A DNA stretch of 64,000 bases from Alphaproteobacteria bacterium (GCA_045537965.1 JAZSQL010000054.1:15224-79223); one strand, 5' to 3'; numbered from the stretch's first letter, positions 31,232 through 41,517 are shown. Numbers and translations are program-made. The notes: a model not told the origin generated them from the letters alone.

Positions 31232-32440
31232 TCAAATATTCATCTTAATTTTAGTCGGAAATTTTCGCTTCCAATAATCTTCTACCTGAAATACTACAGC
31301 ACCCCAAACCGCAGAAAGTATAGAACCACATAAAATTCCTAAACGTACTTCTCCTTGCATTGCTTCTGGTAGTGATAAGTTTCCTACAAACAAAGCCATT
31401 GTAAAACCAATTCCAGCGACACAAGCTACACCATACAAATCTATCATTTTAACTTCACGTGGAAAATCAGCTATTTTTACTCTAACCAACAAAAATGTTG
31501 TAAGAAAAATTCCAATTTGTTTACCAAAAAACAAACCACAAATAATACCAAGTGTCAATGTATGAGTAAATGTTTCAAAAGTAACATCTCTTAAATATAA
31601 TCCTGCTGATGCAAACGCAAAAACAGGAAGAATTAATAAATCGACCCAAGGTTTTATTGAAACAGATAACTTTTCTAAAGGCGAATACTGTTTTGATCTA
31701 ACTCGCATAGGATAAGCCATTGCCACAACCACTCCTGCAATTGTTGTATGTATTCCGCCATTCAAAAAACAATACCACAAAACCACACCAAGGATTAAAT
31801 ATGGACTAAATCTTGTAACTTGCATTCTATTAAGCATATATAAAGCTACACAACTCAAACTCGCATAACCTAACAAATCAACAGAAACACCTTGATTATA
31901 AAACAATGCAATAATTAAAATCGCACCCAAATCATCAAAAATAGCTATAGCTAACAAAAATATTTTAGCTGCTTGAGGGATTGCCTTACCAACCAACATC
32001 AAAACACATATTGCAAATGCAATATCTGTAGCTGTTGGAATAGCCCACCCATTCATATATTGTGGTTGTCCATTATTTATAAGTGCATATATAATTGCAG
32101 GACACAAAATCCCTCCCAAAGCTGCCAAAGCTGGAACTAATATTTGTTTAGGATCAGACAAAAAACCCTCTTTCATTTCTCTTTTTAGTTCTAAACCAAT
32201 CTGCAAGAAAAAAAACACCATTAAAACATCATTAACCCACCATTCCAATGACTTAGAAAAAGACAGAGAACCAACACCAACAAACAATTTTGTTTCCCAA
32301 AAACTCTCTATTGATCCATGCAAATATGTATTTGCACAAATAATTGAAGCAAACATTGCAACAATCATTAAAATACCACTTGTCATATCATTATAAACAA
32401 TTTTTTCCAACCACTCTTTTATCTTCATATCAAACACCAT
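31232..32440 (-). CDS. nhaA: Na+/H+ antiporter NhaA
   Basis: Signature LLAIAIFDDLGAILIIALFY. The true start may be the internal Met MKIKEW. Confidence 0.9.
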   Translation of the reverse strand: MVFDMKIKEWLEKIVYNDMTSGILMIVAMFASIICANTYLHGSIESFWETKLFVGVGSLSFSKSLEWWVNDVLMVFFFLQIGLELKREMKEGFLSDPKQILVPALAALGGILCPAIIYALINNGQPQYMNGWAIPTATDIAFAICVLMLVGKAIPQAAKIFLLAIAIFDDLGAILIIALFYNQGVSVDLLGYASLSCVALYMLNRMQVTRFSPYLILGVVLWYCFLNGGIHTTIAGVVVAMAYPMRVRSKQYSPLEKLSVSIKPWVDLLILPVFAFASAGLYLRDVTFETFTHTLTLGIICGLFFGKQIGIFLTTFLLVRVKIADFPREVKMIDLYGVACVAGIGFTMALFVGNLSLPEAMQGEVRLGILCGSILSAVWGAVVFQVEDYWKRKFPTKIKMNI

Positions 32441-32537
32441 AAGTAATTAAAATTACAGCAATACTAAATTCTATATATTAATATTTAATAAAAAATAGCC
32501 CCACTTTTAAGAGAGGCTATTAGCATTTTAGAAAATA

Positions 32538-32861
32538 TTAATCAACATAAATAATTTCGTTAGAAGCATTTTCAACACATTCTTGCCGAACTTTACCAGT
32601 CTTGCGCGAAACTATAGTGTAACATTTAGCTTCTGGCTCAGCAATATAAACTCTTGGATTTTGAGGTTTTCTGTATCTTTTGTACCCTCCCATAATCTCT
32701 CCAGCAATCATGACACCCACAGCTGTACCAACAATTCCAGCAGTAATATCACTTGCGTAATAACCAACTTTATTATGGTGTGGGTGCTTTCCCCATCTTT
32801 TTGCTAGAGCAGGATTTGCAATAAATAATGTTGCTAACAAAATTACAATAAACTTTTTCAT
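32538..32861 (-). CDS. Small secreted or membrane protein
   Basis: Signal peptide and a Gly-rich segment. 107 aa. Confidence 0.45.
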   Translation of the reverse strand: MKKFIVILLATLFIANPALAKRWGKHPHHNKVGYYASDITAGIVGTAVGVMIAGEIMGGYKRYRKPQNPRVYIAEPEAKCYTIVSRKTGKVRQECVENASNEIIYVD

Positions 32862-32882
32862 TTAACCTCTCCTAAAAAATAT

Positions 32883-33287
32883 TTAGTCTTCTGGTTTATT
32901 ATCTTTTTCACGAAATTGTTTATGATGTTTCTTAAATTTTTCTTCATGATGCTTTCTCATTTTTTTAAACTCTTCTTTTTGTTCATCAGTTAAGATTTTT
33001 TCAAATTCTTGCATATTTTCTTTACGCAATTTATCCATTTTTTCATAAAGCTCTTTTTTCTGTTCCATCAATGGTTTCATTTTTTCACGACCATCTTTTC
33101 TAATTTTATCAGCTTTTTCTTTTTGTTCTTCCGATAATTTAAGTTTTTCAGCTAATTTTTCTTGATGCTTTACCATTTCAATTGGTGGACGTTTATCAAA
33201 CTTATGTTCATTATTTTTTGCGTTAGCACACAAAGCACTACCCAACAACACACTCATACAAACTGTTGCTAATATCAATTTTTTCAT
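32883..33287 (-). CDS. Periplasmic LTXXQ-motif protein (Spy/CpxP-like)
   Basis: Signal peptide. Lys/Glu-rich helical protein with LSEEQKEK and LTDEQKEEF motifs. Co-transcribed downstream of the ECF sigma factor. Confidence 0.6.
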   Translation of the reverse strand: MKKLILATVCMSVLLGSALCANAKNNEHKFDKRPPIEMVKHQEKLAEKLKLSEEQKEKADKIRKDGREKMKPLMEQKKELYEKMDKLRKENMQEFEKILTDEQKEEFKKMRKHHEEKFKKHHKQFREKDNKPED

Positions 33288-33784
33288 ATCATTTCTCCTT
33301 GTAAAAATTCAAGTTTTTCTGCCAAAATTTTTCTAGCATTATACAATCTAGATTTTATTGTACCTTCTGGTTCGCCAAGTTTTTTTGCTATTTCTGCAAT
33401 CGTAAACTCTTCAAATTCAAACAAAATAACAACTTTACGCATTTTTCTTGGCAAATCATTTATTGCTTTCAAAATAATTTTCTGTCTAAGTTTAGCATCA
33501 ACAATTTTTTCTTGCGATGCCATAACCGATTTATTCTCTAAAACCTCTTCCGAAGTTATTTCATTACTTTTTTGACGATATTGTGAAGAACGAAAATAAT
33601 CTTTACATACATTAGCTGCTATTGTTGTAATCCAAGCACGAAATTTTCCACTTTCCGTATATGATGACAAGTTTTGCCATGTCTTGATATAAACTTCTTG
33701 TTCAATATCTTCATTGTAAGAACCAGTTATTTTCTTTATAACGGCTTTAATAAATCCTTTATTGTGTTCAATTATTTCTCTCAT
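33284..33784 (-). CDS. ECF-subfamily RNA polymerase sigma factor
   Basis: Sigma-70 region 2 and region 4 (FTIAEIAKKLGEPEGTIKSRL). 166 aa. Confidence 0.85.
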   Translation of the reverse strand: MREIIEHNKGFIKAVIKKITGSYNEDIEQEVYIKTWQNLSSYTESGKFRAWITTIAANVCKDYFRSSQYRQKSNEITSEEVLENKSVMASQEKIVDAKLRQKIILKAINDLPRKMRKVVILFEFEEFTIAEIAKKLGEPEGTIKSRLYNARKILAEKLEFLQGEMI

Positions 33785-34060
33785 TTAACTCACCAAAAGC
33801 AAACCATAATCATCAACTGGAAAACCTAAATTTTCTATATAGCTTTGTTCATTAACTGGCTGCTCTATTCCTAGATCCCAGTAATACATATCATCTACTT
33901 GATATTTTTTAGGCATCATAACAGAAATAAAGGCAACACAAACAAGCATCACAGCAACAGAAAAAATTTGCTTTTTCCTCTTTTTTCTAGCAAAATATAA
34001 AGGCTTTGCTTCTTTAATTAATGTAGAAATATCTTGCATCATCAATCTCCTTTCTACCAC
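33785..34060 (-). CDS. Small single-pass membrane protein, possibly an ECF regulator
   Basis: 91 aa with one TM helix. Immediately upstream of the sigma gene and translationally coupled to it. Confidence 0.35.
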   Translation of the reverse strand: MVERRLMMQDISTLIKEAKPLYFARKKRKKQIFSVAVMLVCVAFISVMMPKKYQVDDMYYWDLGIEQPVNEQSYIENLGFPVDDYGLLLVS

Positions 34061-34160
34061 TTAAAACGATGCTAACTTGTAAAAAGTTCATTTTCAATTA
34101 AAAAATTTTTTTCAAAATTAAGATTGCATTTAAAAACAATTTGATATATACCAACAATCA

Positions 34161-35858
34161 CTAATAGTTATTGCTTCGTCGTCTAATGGTAGGACAGCGG
34201 ATTCTGACTCCGTCAATCTTGGTTCGAGTCCAGGCGAAGCAGCCAGCTTGGACAGGGCTAGCGGAAATTTTCGCTAGCCCTTGATTTTTAAGGCTTTCGG
34301 CGAGTTCGATTGATTTCATATACCCAATTTGTACATTTTCGTTATCATTTGCCTGTAACCTTTGTCCTGCAACGGTTTGCATCTGTTCGTGCGGCAACAC
34401 TTTATTTCCTTTCGGATTGTTAATATTTACAAATTCATTAAACGGAAATCTTAATTTGTAACTGATTACGCCTTCGGTCAAAGTAATCTTTTCAAATACA
34501 AATTTTAAGAGAAGTCTTTTCATTTCATAATTAGATGATTTTTCAAAAAAGTATCCTGCTTGTGTAGCAATATCCAATAGTCCTAAAATTGTATCATCAA
34601 AGCAGATATCTGCTTTTTCATGAGAAGCTATTTTCCTTTTAATGCGTTCTATTTTTAACTGTATATCGTTCCGTTTTGTATCAAATGACTCTCTATCCAG
34701 TTCACCATCAAGCCTTAAATCAAACAATGTATCCATCTTTTCTTTGAGTTTTTCTTGTTCACCTTTAAGCCTTTTAATCTCTTCGGAATTGAATTTTCTT
34801 TCAGATGCTTTGGCTGTTTTGAGTTCTTGTTGTAGTTCTGTTATAATATTTTCAGGTAGTCTTATACAATTTAAAATTGAGCTCACACGACTAGTAAACT
34901 CTTCTTCACGAATATACATTCTTGTTTTATCTTTGCGCCAGCATGCTACATAGCTGAATATTCCTTTTTTTAATTCACACTGACATATTTTGTTAGTTAT
35001 GCCACAAGTAACTAATCCACGAAAAAGAAAATTCTTTTCAGATTTTTTTGTACATTGTCCGCCTCTAATTGCTTTCTGTTTTTGGCATAAATCCCATAAT
35101 TCTTTGCTTACTATCGGTTTATAAACATGTGGCATAATGCCTCTTTTTGTGCGCATTTCACCATAATAAAAAGGATTTCCCAATATATTATGCATAGAAT
35201 TAAGACAAATCTCTCCGCCTTTGGCATTTCTTAATCCCATCATATTTGCATAATGTTGTAGCTCGGAAACACTTGTATTGCCCAAAGAATAGATTTCATA
35301 ACATTTGCGAATAATTACAGCTTCTGATTCTTTAGGACGGATAAACTTTTTTCCTCGTTCATCTGTATAATTTTCATATCCGATAGGAGCTTGTCCTGTT
35401 ATTTCGCCATTTCTATTCTTTTGTTCAGTAGAGCGACGAACATTCTCGGACAGTTGCAAAACGTAAGCTTTCGCTCCCATTACCGAGAAATCCCATCTCA
35501 TAATATCAACAGATGTAGATTTACTATTTAATACCATTCCCTCACGATAGAAATGAAGCTCAATTTTATCTTGTCGCATCAACTCATCAAGCAACACACT
35601 TTCTTTGAAACTTCTTTGTACACGGTCAACTGTATCAGCAACAATAGCTATGGTTTCTTTCTGTCTTTTACAAAAGTTTATCATTTCCATAAATTGTTTA
35701 CGCTGACCATGAGTAGAACTCTCAACGATTTCAAAGGTTTTGATAACTTCTAAATCTTTTCTGTCAGCATACTCATGTAAACGATTACTTTGAGCAAGCA
35801 GGCTCAAGCCTTCTTCCTGCATCTTCGTTGAAACACGGGTTAGTATTATTGCCTTCAT
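34161..35858 (-). CDS. Large serine recombinase (integrase)
   Basis: N-terminal resolvase catalytic domain (ILTRVSTKMQ with Ser nucleophile) plus a large C-terminal recombinase/zinc-ribbon/coiled-coil region. ORF as tracked reads antisense through tRNA-Gln; the true stop may lie earlier. Confidence 0.82.
   Translation of the reverse strand: MKAIILTRVSTKMQEEGLSLLAQSNRLHEYADRKDLEVIKTFEIVESSTHGQRKQFMEMINFCKRQKETIAIVADTVDRVQRSFKESVLLDELMRQDKIELHFYREGMVLNSKSTSVDIMRWDFSVMGAKAYVLQLSENVRRSTEQKNRNGEITGQAPIGYENYTDERGKKFIRPKESEAVIIRKCYEIYSLGNTSVSELQHYANMMGLRNAKGGEICLNSMHNILGNPFYYGEMRTKRGIMPHVYKPIVSKELWDLCQKQKAIRGGQCTKKSEKNFLFRGLVTCGITNKICQCELKKGIFSYVACWRKDKTRMYIREEEFTSRVSSILNCIRLPENIITELQQELKTAKASERKFNSEEIKRLKGEQEKLKEKMDTLFDLRLDGELDRESFDTKRNDIQLKIERIKRKIASHEKADICFDDTILGLLDIATQAGYFFEKSSNYEMKRLLLKFVFEKITLTEGVISYKLRFPFNEFVNINNPKGNKVLPHEQMQTVAGQRLQANDNENVQIGYMKSIELAESLKNQGLAKISASPVQAGCFAWTRTKIDGVRIRCPTIRRRSNNY
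34172..34245 (+). tRNA. tRNA-Gln (anticodon CTG)
   Basis: Acceptor stem tgcttcg/cgaagca. Anticodon stem gcgga/uccgu with loop uuCUGac. T-arm ggttcgagtcc. Encoded CCA. Confidence 0.88.
34240..34603. repeat. Left copy of a long imperfect direct repeat (tRNA 3' end, terminator and integrase 3' end)
   Basis: Aligns with 58152-58433 base by base, with scattered mismatches and an in-frame ~81-bp segment present only in this copy and bounded by gttcg. Confidence 0.8.
34255..34289 (+). terminator. Rho-independent terminator after tRNA-Gln; duplicated at 58166-58200
   Basis: Perfect 9-bp stem gggctagcg/cgctagccc followed by ttgattttt. Confidence 0.6.
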
Positions 35859-36083
35859 TTTCTAAAATCTCCTGTCGTAGCATTAATAAACATTTTGCAA
35901 AACCTATTAAATGCCTTGCACCTTGTTCTAATTGTGCATCCGATAAAGGCTCTGATGATATGTTCCGCAATGCTTCTTTTAATTTGGCTGTCATTTTATC
36001 TTATCTCCATGCAATCCTCAAGCCAAGGCATTGTTGTTTTTTATGCAAGGGCTTATTATACAAGCCCCTGCATAAAAGGTAAT

Positions 36084-36599
36084 TTATCCTTGTTGGGTAA
36101 AAACACTTGTTGGAAGTCCCATTGCTGATAGCATTGGCTCTGTCGCAGCAATAGTTCTTATTTTTGCTTCTTCAGCTTTTTTCTCTCGTTCTGCTTTCTT
36201 TTTATTGCGACGACGTTCATTAGCCTCTTTTTTGCGAGCATTGGCATTATCAATCTCTTTTGCCAAGAAATCTGTAATGTCCTCATCAAATCCCTTATTG
36301 GCAACGCTGGTATAAAAATCTGCCAAAAATTGAAGCTTTTGTTCTGTACTCAACAAATCCAAAGAATAGCGAACAATACGTTTACCACCGAGACGAAGCG
36401 TAAAAATGGAATTTTTCTCGGTATCCGTCATCAATTTATTCATACGGTTTGATATATCCCAACTATTATCCTTAAAGTTTTTCATATTCTCGGTCAAAAG
36501 TTTCAAAATACGCTCACGAGCTTTTTCAAGTGTAAGCAATCCTTCATCTTTTGAGGTTTCAAGCTTGTTAGCATTATATTTCATTAAAAATTGTTTCAT
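36084..36599 (-). CDS. Hypothetical protein with a basic C-terminal tail
   Basis: 171-aa ORF carrying an RRRNKKKAEREKKAEE basic stretch. Confidence 0.45.
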   Translation of the reverse strand: MKQFLMKYNANKLETSKDEGLLTLEKARERILKLLTENMKNFKDNSWDISNRMNKLMTDTEKNSIFTLRLGGKRIVRYSLDLLSTEQKLQFLADFYTSVANKGFDEDITDFLAKEIDNANARKKEANERRRNKKKAEREKKAEEAKIRTIAATEPMLSAMGLPTSVFTQQG

Positions 36600-36715
36600 T
36601 TTATTTTCCTTTCAAAAATTAAATTAGTTAAAAAAAGAGCATAATAATTCTGTATGGCATTTAGGCATCCCTTCACGCCATTTGGGTTAAAATTGTTGGT
36701 TTTGTTAGATTTTAG

Positions 36716-36955
36716 TTATTTTTGACAGTCCATAACATAAACCACATCGGTTGGTTCAAACGGACATCTCGTTTCGGTTAGGTAAAAAGGCTCACCAAGA
36801 GCTGATATAAAAGCATAAACACCTTGCGGAGAGTTTATGACTTCGCTGTATCGCTTCAATTCCTTAAAATTACAGTTTGTAAAATGCTTGGAAGCTATAA
36901 CGGATATTTCATCCGGTAAAAAATCAGCGACTTTTGCTACAACTTGATAATTCAT
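36716..36955 (-). CDS. Hypothetical small protein
   Basis: 79-aa ORF. Confidence 0.3.
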   Translation of the reverse strand: MNYQVVAKVADFLPDEISVIASKHFTNCNFKELKRYSEVINSPQGVYAFISALGEPFYLTETRCPFEPTDVVYVMDCQK

Positions 36956-36966
36956 TGCAAGCCCCC

Positions 36967-37074
36967 TAATAAGCGAAACGAGCCATATTAACGAGGTTCT
37001 CTAAACGTTTTGCATCTCTGTTGAGGTGATACTTCCTCTTTAAAGATGCTATGATGTAACTTAAAACAGTCATT
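36967..37074 (-). CDS. Possible 35-aa small ORF with an AGGAA RBS
   Basis: ATG preceded by aaaggaaactaaa. Too short to validate from sequence alone. Confidence 0.2.
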
Positions 37075-37373
37075 TTAGTTTCCTTTCAAATTTTATTTTA
37101 ATAAAACGGTATTGCTACCTGACACCGTTAGTATGAAAGAAAACCAAAACAGAAGTCAACGCCTTATTTTTCAACGATTTTTGCAATGTATGTTTTTAAA
37201 TGTATTTAAATGGGTATTGATGGGTTTATCGGGGTAAAAAGTTTTTGATACATTTTGTAAAAAAGGCAATATTTTATAAAATTTAGTCACGAATCGTAAA
37301 AATTATGATGTTAAATAAACTTAAACTTATATAAGATATTAATTATATTAGGTTAGTTTTTAGGTAGAAAAAG

Positions 37374-39023
37374 ATGTCATGGATTAATATTAAAGATTAC
37401 CAATTTAAAGAAGATACTTATATGAGTGTGGAAAAAGTTGATGAAGCAATCCCCTCATTAAATCAAAACAATATTAAAAATTTTAATTTTAAATTTCAAA
37501 ATACTGTTATTGATAATCTTTTGGTAAGAGAATATGCAAAAAGTTTAGCAGAGCCTGTACAACAAGGCAATTTCATATATTGTGATAACGTAGAGCAACT
37601 TAAAGAATTTTGCATGTTGTTCATGATGCGACTATCAAAAGTTTTTTTGACACTTAAAAATCATAACATTGAAAATGTAGGTAATTCTATCAAAAATTTA
37701 ATGGCTTGTTATGATGAATATGTAGAAGAGACTGGAAATGATTGTAAAGCTTTTCAGTCTGTGAAGGAGTTCCTTTTTAGCCTTCCTTCTAAAGAAGAAG
37801 CTCCCATAACAATTAAGAATGAATATTTAGACCAATATTATTCTTATTATGCTGATGCACTAAAAACATTCTTGTCAATTTTAGCGACAATATTCAATTA
37901 CAATCTAAAACAGCCCACTTTATCTTCAAAAGAACTAAAAATATTTGAAAAAAAGGGATATACTCGCAACTTTATAGCCAATAATGAAATCAAATTAAAA
38001 AAGTTTTTAGCTGATTTTGATGAAGAATATTGCTTTGCAAAGCAAGAGCCTATCACAGGTTTTATACATAATTACGCAGATATAGAGCTAAAATCATTAG
38101 GCTTTAACAATTTGTGCTTACATTTGAAAAATATGAAAATCGGCTCAAATGAAGAAACTCTTCACTTATTTACGTTTATTGATTACGTAGATATTAGGAC
38201 AGTGATTTTTGAAAACTGTTGTTTTAGTGAAGCAGAGCATCTATCTTTAAGAAGCAAATCATTTTTGTTCAAAAATTGCACATTTAATTGCAAACTTCGT
38301 TATTGGGAAGCGAGTATTCCAAAAAACTTTCAAACAGTAATAAGTTTATTAAAATTTGAAAGCTGTACGTTTAATGATAGCTTTGAGGTTGATAAAATTA
38401 AAAAGGGATGCTATTCAGCTATTATCTTAAGAAATTGTACTTTTTCAGAGCGTGCAAACTTTTTACTATCTAATATCTCTAAATTGAAAGTTATTTTTAG
38501 TAATACAATCTTTGGTGGTAAAGTATCCTTTACAGATGTGAACTTTCATGATGGACAATTTTCTAATATCGTATTCCTAAACGAATTTAGAGTTAAGAAC
38601 GTTACCTTTACATCCCATATTGATTTCAAACAACTCATATTTTCTGCAAATGTTGTAAAGACTATGAGTAATTCTATTCGTTCATTTGTAAAATCATTAG
38701 AAGATAATGGGTTTAATGATTATGCCGCAGAGTTAGCTGAATTTTACTTAAATGACTTAAATAGTAGCAAAAATAAAGAAGAATTTGATATTGCTATCAA
38801 ATCTGATTGGGTCAATATTAAACAAGCTGCAAGAATTTTAGGGCTTTCATATAATACCTTGCTGACGATGAGAAAAGAAGACAAAGCTACCGGAATTATC
38901 AGAATTCCTTATATTGGTGATGGCAAAAGTACGAAATACTATTATCCGCTTCTTATTGCTTACAAAAGTAATGATATGGCTTTAGTTAAAAAACTTGAAA
39001 AAGAAATGAACAGCAAAAAGTAA
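37374..39023 (+). CDS. Pentapeptide-repeat (beta-helix) protein with an N-terminal unknown domain and a C-terminal excisionase/MerR-like HTH
   Basis: Residues ~280-430 show strict 5-residue periodicity with Phe/Leu at the centre (FENCCF, FKNCTF, FESCTF, LRNCTF, FSNTIF, VSFTDVNFHDGQFSNIVF). C-terminus IKQAARILGLSYNTLLTMRKEDKATG is an HTH_17-like motif. Confidence 0.6.
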   Translation: MSWINIKDYQFKEDTYMSVEKVDEAIPSLNQNNIKNFNFKFQNTVIDNLLVREYAKSLAEPVQQGNFIYCDNVEQLKEFCMLFMMRLSKVFLTLKNHNIENVGNSIKNLMACYDEYVEETGNDCKAFQSVKEFLFSLPSKEEAPITIKNEYLDQYYSYYADALKTFLSILATIFNYNLKQPTLSSKELKIFEKKGYTRNFIANNEIKLKKFLADFDEEYCFAKQEPITGFIHNYADIELKSLGFNNLCLHLKNMKIGSNEETLHLFTFIDYVDIRTVIFENCCFSEAEHLSLRSKSFLFKNCTFNCKLRYWEASIPKNFQTVISLLKFESCTFNDSFEVDKIKKGCYSAIILRNCTFSERANFLLSNISKLKVIFSNTIFGGKVSFTDVNFHDGQFSNIVFLNEFRVKNVTFTSHIDFKQLIFSANVVKTMSNSIRSFVKSLEDNGFNDYAAELAEFYLNDLNSSKNKEEFDIAIKSDWVNIKQAARILGLSYNTLLTMRKEDKATGIIRIPYIGDGKSTKYYYPLLIAYKSNDMALVKKLEKEMNSKK

Positions 39024-39163
39024 TAAGTTATTTAGACTTATTATAAATGTAGTAAATAGCAAATAAATTAAGTTGAACTTATAAATAAAATACTTGAAAT
39101 ATTAATAGGGATTAGATAGCATTTCTCTCAATAGATATTTTTTAATAAATTCGGAGAATGTAG

Positions 39164-41395
39164 ATGGCTGTATTAGAACAAAAAATCACTATTGAAGATT
39201 CTTGTTCTATTGTTAAAAAAGCAAAAAGTCCTTTTTCACCAATTAAGGAAGCTATAACAAATGCCATGGATTCTATTGTAAAAAGGCAAGAATCGGGTAT
39301 TTCGTTTATACCTAAAATATCCGTTATTTTAAACTTTATAGAAAAAAAAGATTTATATAATCCTGAAAATTCTAAATATTTGTTATCGTCAATTTCAATT
39401 GTTGATAACGGGGAAGGATTTATTCAAAAAAACATTGAAAGATTTAAAAATCTAGGAGAAAGAAGCAAAGGATTAAATAATAGAGGAACTGGTAAAGTAC
39501 AATTATTTTGCCGTTTTAAACAAATTGATATAGAAAGTATTTTCTATGAAGATAATAAATGGAAAAAATTTACATCTACATGGAAAAGAAATGGTGATTA
39601 TACAGACAGTATTTCATACATAGGTAAAGAAAATGATAACAAAACTACTGTAATGATGTCTTATTTAATCAATGATAAAGAACATGAATATTATGGAGAG
39701 TATTTAAAAGATATTGAAAATTTAAAAAGAGATATATTAAAAAATTTTTTATTGCGTTTATGGTTAGGCTCATCATCTACAAATCAGTCTATTGAAATAA
39801 AAACAATGATTAATGAGCATGAAAAAGATAGTTTTATTTATAACGAAAAAACAATACCCGTTCCTGATAAAGAAGATACTATTAAGATACATACACAAAA
39901 AGCTGATATTTATAAAGACACAAAAGGGAAAATAAAAGTAACATGGCTGTCAACAGAACCATCATATACTTTAAATTTTTATAGATTCAAGCTAAATGCC
40001 TCTGAAATTAATGAAAATGGAGTATATATTTGTAGTAAAAATATTGTTGTAGAACCTTTTAGCTTTTCTGCAGTAAAAAAAACAGCTAATTTTGATGGGG
40101 CGCGTTATATATCATGCGTAAGTGGCAATTTATTAGATGCATCAGATAATGTTAGTCAATCAGTGGAGAGTTTTAATTTCCCATTAAAAAGAGAAGTAGA
40201 AAAAGATTTAAAAGAAGAAACAGGAGAGTTGTTTAATCAAGAAAATATTTTTGTTTTTTGGGATGAGATAAAAGAAAAAATAAATTTAGTTTTAGAAAAA
40301 AATTATTCTGACATTCAGGGATTAAAAGAAAGTAGAGAAAAAGATATTTTAAAAATTGCTGCTCGTTATGGCATATCTTCTGATATTGTAGATGAAGCAG
40401 ATATAGAATTTAATGATACTGAAGAAAAAACTATAGAGAAACTTTTTCAAGCTCAAGCTCGTAAATTTGCAAAAGAAAATATAGAAATCCGACATACGTA
40501 TGAAGAATTAAATAATCTTGAGTTGCAAAACTTAGACCCTACAAGCAATGACTATAAAGACAAGTTTAGAGCTGTTTCTCAAAAGTTATTGCAAAAAATA
40601 CCTCAACAAAATAAGGATGAACTAACTCGTTATATCATTAGAAGGGATATGGTTGTAAAATTGCTTGGCTTGGCTCTCAAAAATGAATTAGCCATTCAAA
40701 AAGATTGGAAAGACAAGAAAGCTCGTGGTATCGATGTAAAGAGACAAAAGGAAGCTATTTTTCATGATTTGATTTTTAGAAGAAAAATGAAAGGTGTGCC
40801 GAATGATTTATGGATATTAAATGAAGAGTTTGTTCATTTTGATGGTTATTCAGACATAGAACTAGAGAATCTGGTAGTTAATGGTGAAAAATTATTGCAA
40901 GATAATATTGATATATATGAAGCATTGAAATCTGTAGGTATAGAAAAAGATACATACTTAAAACAACGTCCAGATATATTTTTATTTCCAGAAGAAGGGA
41001 AATGTATATTAATAGAATTCAAAGCTCCTGATGTTGATTTATCTGAGCATACAAACCAAATTTCAAGATATGCAACATTGATAGCAAATTATTCTCGTAG
41101 ACCTAAGCAATTTACACAATTTTTTGGTTTTTTAATTGGAGAAGAGATAGACTTAGTTAATTTAGATAGGTCTTTATGGAAGAAAGTTCCTTTTGGAAAT
41201 TATCGTATCTATCCTAATAAAGAAATATTATCTATAGGAGAAGTAGAAACAACTATAGCTAATATATATCAAGAAATTATACCTTTTTCTGAAATAGCTA
41301 AAAGAGCTAAGATACGAAATAAAAGTTTTGCTGAAAAACTAGGAATAGAAGAAAGTGAATTAGAAAAAATTCAAAATCTAAACAATATTCTTTAA
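39164..41395 (+). CDS. GHKL-family (Bergerat fold) ATPase fused to a C-terminal PD-(D/E)xK-like nuclease motif
   Basis: N-box EAITNAMDS, G1 box IVDNGEGF and G2-like NRGTGKVQLF near the N-terminus. Near residue 600, RPDIFLFPEEGKCILIEFKAPD matches the PD-x(n)-ExK pattern. GGAGAATG RBS. Confidence 0.65.
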   Translation: MAVLEQKITIEDSCSIVKKAKSPFSPIKEAITNAMDSIVKRQESGISFIPKISVILNFIEKKDLYNPENSKYLLSSISIVDNGEGFIQKNIERFKNLGERSKGLNNRGTGKVQLFCRFKQIDIESIFYEDNKWKKFTSTWKRNGDYTDSISYIGKENDNKTTVMMSYLINDKEHEYYGEYLKDIENLKRDILKNFLLRLWLGSSSTNQSIEIKTMINEHEKDSFIYNEKTIPVPDKEDTIKIHTQKADIYKDTKGKIKVTWLSTEPSYTLNFYRFKLNASEINENGVYICSKNIVVEPFSFSAVKKTANFDGARYISCVSGNLLDASDNVSQSVESFNFPLKREVEKDLKEETGELFNQENIFVFWDEIKEKINLVLEKNYSDIQGLKESREKDILKIAARYGISSDIVDEADIEFNDTEEKTIEKLFQAQARKFAKENIEIRHTYEELNNLELQNLDPTSNDYKDKFRAVSQKLLQKIPQQNKDELTRYIIRRDMVVKLLGLALKNELAIQKDWKDKKARGIDVKRQKEAIFHDLIFRRKMKGVPNDLWILNEEFVHFDGYSDIELENLVVNGEKLLQDNIDIYEALKSVGIEKDTYLKQRPDIFLFPEEGKCILIEFKAPDVDLSEHTNQISRYATLIANYSRRPKQFTQFFGFLIGEEIDLVNLDRSLWKKVPFGNYRIYPNKEILSIGEVETTIANIYQEIIPFSEIAKRAKIRNKSFAEKLGIEESELEKIQNLNNIL

Positions 41396-41436
41396 TTAAT
41401 AAGCAGACATAACCCTCCATATAGAATGTAAAAGAA

Positions 41437-41466
41437 TTGACATTTTTTAACATTTTCTCTGTAATT
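41437..41466 (+). promoter_or_regulatory. Sigma70-like promoter (TTGACA, 18-nt spacer, TGTAAT) upstream of the 286-aa gene
   Basis: Consensus -35 hexamer and a near-consensus -10. Confidence 0.4.
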
Positions 41467-41517
41467 GGCTATTTTCCTAGTATTTTATTTTGACTGTCTT
41501 ATGTGGCAAATATAAAA

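Noticed and set aside
34061-34171. Promoter for tRNA-Gln (TTGCAT ... TATATA)
   Set aside because: The hexamer spacing is suboptimal (15-16 nt) and there are several alternative AT-rich boxes. It is plausible but not specific enough to annotate.
35785-35994. 69-aa minus-strand ORF just upstream of the integrase, possibly a directionality factor
   Set aside because: It overlaps the integrase N-terminus by ~75 nt in another frame and shows no RBS or recognisable excisionase motif. I cannot support it from sequence alone.
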